In this document: piece after piece, positions 61,187-64,000 of the stretch
How positions within the stretch are numbered: the stretch's first letter is position 1
Layout: the number at the start of each line of letters is the position of its first letter
Assembly (NCBI GenBank): GCA_964520655.1
Contig: CAZFNI010000001.1
Span: 122,283 to 186,282 of the forward strand
DNA length: 64,000 nt
Reading direction: 5' to 3'
Source of the DNA: an uncultured Planctomycetales bacterium
Lineage (GTDB): Bacteria; Omnitrophota; Gorgyraeia; Zapsychrales; Fredricksoniimonadaceae
Notes under the pieces: generated by a model
The model's input: the letters and a program-made list of their open reading frames with translations, nothing else
Database searches by the model: none
What the model was told of the DNA's origin: nothing
Program-made: the position numbers and the translations under genes

Positions 61187-64000
61187 ATGTTCAAGAAAAC
61201 ACTTCACGTCATTGTCATTGTTTGTTTTGCGGCGACTTTTATGACCCCTTTAAGAAAGGCTGAGGCCGAGTCTTTGGTGTTGCCGCAACCTGGCACCATG
61301 GTCAATTTAAGCCCCGCATTCTCTCCGGTGCTCATTAAAGGAATAAAGATCCATCCCGATAATCCTTTGTTATTTGATTTCATCATTGATACCGGTCATA
61401 CGGGTTTTAAAGCCCAGCAGCCGCAGTTGCGTCAGGAAACAGAAAAGCTTATCAAATATTTTTTGGCGACTTTGACGATCCCAGAGAATGAACTGTGGGT
61501 TAACTTGTCCCCGTATGAAAAAGACCGCATTATCCCCGACACATTAGGCCAGACAGAATTGGGCAGGGACATGCTGGCGCAGGATTATATCTTAAAGCAG
61601 TTGACTGCCTCCTTGATCTATCCGGAAAAAGAATTAGGGAAAGATTTTTGGAACAGGGTGTATGCCAAGTCCCAGGATCGTTTTGGTAAAGCGCAGGTAC
61701 CGGTCAATACCTTTAACAAAGTGTGGATCATGGCGGATAAGGCGAAGATCTATGTCCATGACAATACCGCGTTTGTTGTTGCGTCGCATTTAAAGGTCAT
61801 GCTCGATAAAGATTATTTGGCCTTAAAGAAGAATCAGAAGACCGCAGCAAACACAAAAGATGTGACATCCGACATCGTACGTGAGATTGTTCTGCCCGAG
61901 ATCGAAAAGGAAGTCAACACGGGCAAGAACTTCGCCAATTTACGTCAGGTGTATCAGTCGATGATTTTAGCGACTTGGTATAAGAACAATTTGAAAGAGG
62001 CTTTATTAAACCAGGTCTATACGGATAAGTCCAAGTTAAACGGGGTCACCGCCGACGATAAAGCAGTGACGGAAAAGATCTACGCGCAGTATTTGGAAGC
62101 GTATAAGAAGGGTGTTTTCAATTATATTAAAGACGATCCCGCATCAACAACGCCGCGCAAATATTTCTCCGGCGGGGCTGTTGGTCTTCACGCACAAGAT
62201 ATCAAGGTGGTTGGAAGCAATGACGTAGATTTTGCCATGTTCGCCAAGACGGGTGCAACAGGTGATCTGCTGCAAGCGACGGCAGCGGTAGAGAAAGATG
62301 CGGCGATGCAGACAGGTCTTCCTGTAAATAACCCTAGACAAACTGAAAGTTGGAATAAGCTTCAGGTGCTTGCATCCAATAGGAGTCAGTATGATTTAAG
62401 AGAATTATTCCGTACTGATCCAGCTCGTTCCGTGAATATGCTTGTCGCGCTCAATGATCAAGTCGAGGTGGATTTTTCAAAGAATCTGGTTGATGGACCG
62501 ACGTTGTCAACATTAGTGGCGTTGGCGAATGAAGTTCAATTGCCAGCAGCCATCGAAATGATGTTCCAGGGAGAGAAGATCAATGAAACAGAAGGACGTG
62601 CGGTCTTACATGTTGCTTTAAGAAATGTGACCCGCGACGCAAGCGGTGAGCTTGTGACGGCGAATGGTCCTATTCTGGTCGACGGAGAAGATGTTATGCC
62701 TCATGTTATTGATGTGTTAAAGAGCGTGGAAGTCTTTACCAAAAAAGTGCAGTCTGGTCAGTGGGTGGGGTTGTCTGGTAAAAAGATCAAAAATATCGTT
62801 AATGTTGGGATTGGCGGTTCTGATCTTGGTCCGCGGATGGCTGCTGAAGCGTTAAAACCTTACAAAGCAGGGGATGTTGATGCATATTTCGTTTCTAATG
62901 TTGACGGTACTGATGCCCAAGAGGTAATGAAGAAACTGGACCCGCAAGAAACTCTTGTGATCGTTGCTTCCAAAACATTCACAACACAAGAAACAATGAA
63001 AAATGCAGATACTTTGAAAAATTGGGTCTTAAAAAGTTATCAGGGTGATATGGAGGCGATTAAAAAGCATTTTGTGGCTGTTTCAACAGCTAAAGATAAA
63101 GTTGAGGCATTTGGTATTGATACGGCCAATATGTTTGAATTCTGGGATTGGGTCGGCGGGCGTTATTCTGTTTGGTCTGCGATCGGGCTTTCTCTGGCAA
63201 CGTATATCGGGTTTGATAACTTTCTTGAGTTTTTGGCTGGAGGAAGAGAGGCGGATGAGCATTTTAGATCTCAGCCGTTTGAAAAAAACATTCCGGTATT
63301 GAAAGCTTTATTGAATGTGTGGTACGGGAACTTCTTAGGAGCGGAAAGTTTTGCGATCTTACCTTATGATCAATACATGCACCGTTTTCCTGCCTTTGCG
63401 CAGCAATTTTTTATGGAAAGCAACGGCAAGAGTGTTGACCGGGAGGGGAAGCCGGTGGGTTATCAAACTGGTTTGATCGCGTGGGGGGAACCGGGCACAA
63501 ATGGGCAGCATTCGTTTTATCAATTGATCCATCAAGGGACGCGTCTGGTTCCAGCAGATTTTATAGGGATAGCTCAAACACATAATCCATTGCCAGGGCA
63601 TCATCCAATGCTGTATTCGAATTTTGTTGCCCAGACGGAAGCGTTGGCTTTTGGCGCGACAAAAGATGAGGTAAGGAAAGCACTTGAAGCAGACCCAAAA
63701 TATCAAGGTAAGGATCTTGATTGGCATGCCATGCAGCAGACGTTCGCTGGGAATAAGCCCACGACCTCGATCGAGGTTGATCAGCTTTCTCCAAGGACAT
63801 TGGGTAATCTGGTGGCTATGTATGAGCAGCAGATTTTTACGGAAGGGATCATTTGGAATATCTATTCTTTTGACCAGTGGGGCGTTCAGCTTGGCAAGAA
63901 GATGTCTGACAGTGTGCTTCCGTTCTTAACTGGAAAGAGGAGTATTAGTGAACTTCCTCAGTCAGGGCTTTCGGCATCTGCTCAGCGGCAGGTTCTTAAG
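61187..64000 (+). CDS. pgi: exported paralog 3: shared N-terminal module fused in-frame to a complete glucose-6-phosphate isomerase. 3' end lies beyond the window.
   Basis: Signal peptide MFKKTLHVIVIVCFAATFMTPLRKAEA. N-module blocks LWVNLSPYEKDRIIPDTLGQTELGRDMLAQDYILKQLTASLIYPEKELGKDFWNRVYA...PRKYFSGG. From ~62340: ESWNKLQ...MFQGEKINETEGRAVLHVALRN...GIGGSDLGP...FVSNVDG...SKTFTTQET...FWDWVGGRYSVWSAIGLS...MESNGK...GEPGTNGQHSFYQLIHQG (PGI signatures). Frame 2 is open from 61187 to the window end. Confidence 0.6.
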   Translation, partial: MFKKTLHVIVIVCFAATFMTPLRKAEAESLVLPQPGTMVNLSPAFSPVLIKGIKIHPDNPLLFDFIIDTGHTGFKAQQPQLRQETEKLIKYFLATLTIPENELWVNLSPYEKDRIIPDTLGQTELGRDMLAQDYILKQLTASLIYPEKELGKDFWNRVYAKSQDRFGKAQVPVNTFNKVWIMADKAKIYVHDNTAFVVASHLKVMLDKDYLALKKNQKTAANTKDVTSDIVREIVLPEIEKEVNTGKNFANLRQVYQSMILATWYKNNLKEALLNQVYTDKSKLNGVTADDKAVTEKIYAQYLEAYKKGVFNYIKDDPASTTPRKYFSGGAVGLHAQDIKVVGSNDVDFAMFAKTGATGDLLQATAAVEKDAAMQTGLPVNNPRQTESWNKLQVLASNRSQYDLRELFRTDPARSVNMLVALNDQVEVDFSKNLVDGPTLSTLVALANEVQLPAAIEMMFQGEKINETEGRAVLHVALRNVTRDASGELVTANGPILVDGEDVMPHVIDVLKSVEVFTKKVQSGQWVGLSGKKIKNIVNVGIGGSDLGPRMAAEALKPYKAGDVDAYFVSNVDGTDAQEVMKKLDPQETLVIVASKTFTTQETMKNADTLKNWVLKSYQGDMEAIKKHFVAVSTAKDKVEAFGIDTANMFEFWDWVGGRYSVWSAIGLSLATYIGFDNFLEFLAGGREADEHFRSQPFEKNIPVLKALLNVWYGNFLGAESFAILPYDQYMHRFPAFAQQFFMESNGKSVDREGKPVGYQTGLIAWGEPGTNGQHSFYQLIHQGTRLVPADFIGIAQTHNPLPGHHPMLYSNFVAQTEALAFGATKDEVRKALEADPKYQGKDLDWHAMQQTFAGNKPTTSIEVDQLSPRTLGNLVAMYEQQIFTEGIIWNIYSFDQWGVQLGKKMSDSVLPFLTGKRSISELPQSGLSASAQRQVLK

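Noticed and set aside
62144-63727. Minus-strand ORFs (65, 122 and 79 aa) and + strand frame-0 ORFs within the Pgi-fusion region
   Set aside because: Frame 2 on the + strand encodes an uninterrupted, highly conserved Pgi. The others are shadow ORFs.

Overview
The window is a bacterial chromosomal segment of about 48% GC, mostly + strand and densely coding. I found no CRISPR array, rRNA, IS element or integrase.

Recognisable housekeeping content:
- a PIF1/RecD-like helicase and a DEAD-box RNA helicase
- a tRNA-Lys(CTT) followed by a pentose-phosphate operon (split transketolase N/C subunits plus transaldolase)
- a beta-oxidation block (CapK/PaaK-like ligase, thiolase, a DUF4139 protein, FadB-type multifunctional enzyme)
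- a Fur-family regulator with Nramp/MntH
- UspA, IMPase and CoaX
- a CIRCE-controlled groES-groEL operon
- glycogen phosphorylase, ADP-forming acetyl-CoA synthetase, MsrB and RluA
- an ArsR regulator with a TolC-like outer membrane factor and an RND pump
- a CoA-disulfide reductase-rhodanese fusion flanked by two DUF2892 genes

The most unusual feature is a three-member paralogous family at 29238-36263 and 61187-64000.
- Each member begins with a Sec-type signal peptide and shares a ~330-aa N-terminal module I do not recognise.
- The module has the conserved blocks LWVNLSPYE, GRDMLAQDYILKQLTASL, VNTFNKVWI, LKVMLEEDYLA, ILPEIEKEVNEGKNF and PRKYFSGG.
- It is fused to three different C-terminal parts:
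  - a class I family-2-like SAM O-methyltransferase;
  - an ~800-aa region I cannot assign;
  - a complete glucose-6-phosphate isomerase. This frame is open to the window end with no stop.

Other notable items:
- an SCPU/Csu-type archaic chaperone-usher pilus cluster (46161-51660) with a non-canonical usher-like protein;
- a ~400-nt gene-free gap between convergent genes (5610-6051) that folds into long nested imperfect hairpins, possibly a structured ncRNA such as a 6S-like RNA;
- an OMF-RND pair with no adaptor gene;
- a Na+/H+ antiporter fused to a PTS EIIA(Ntr-type) domain;
- a signal-peptide-bearing MsrB next to a CxxC DUF1223 protein.
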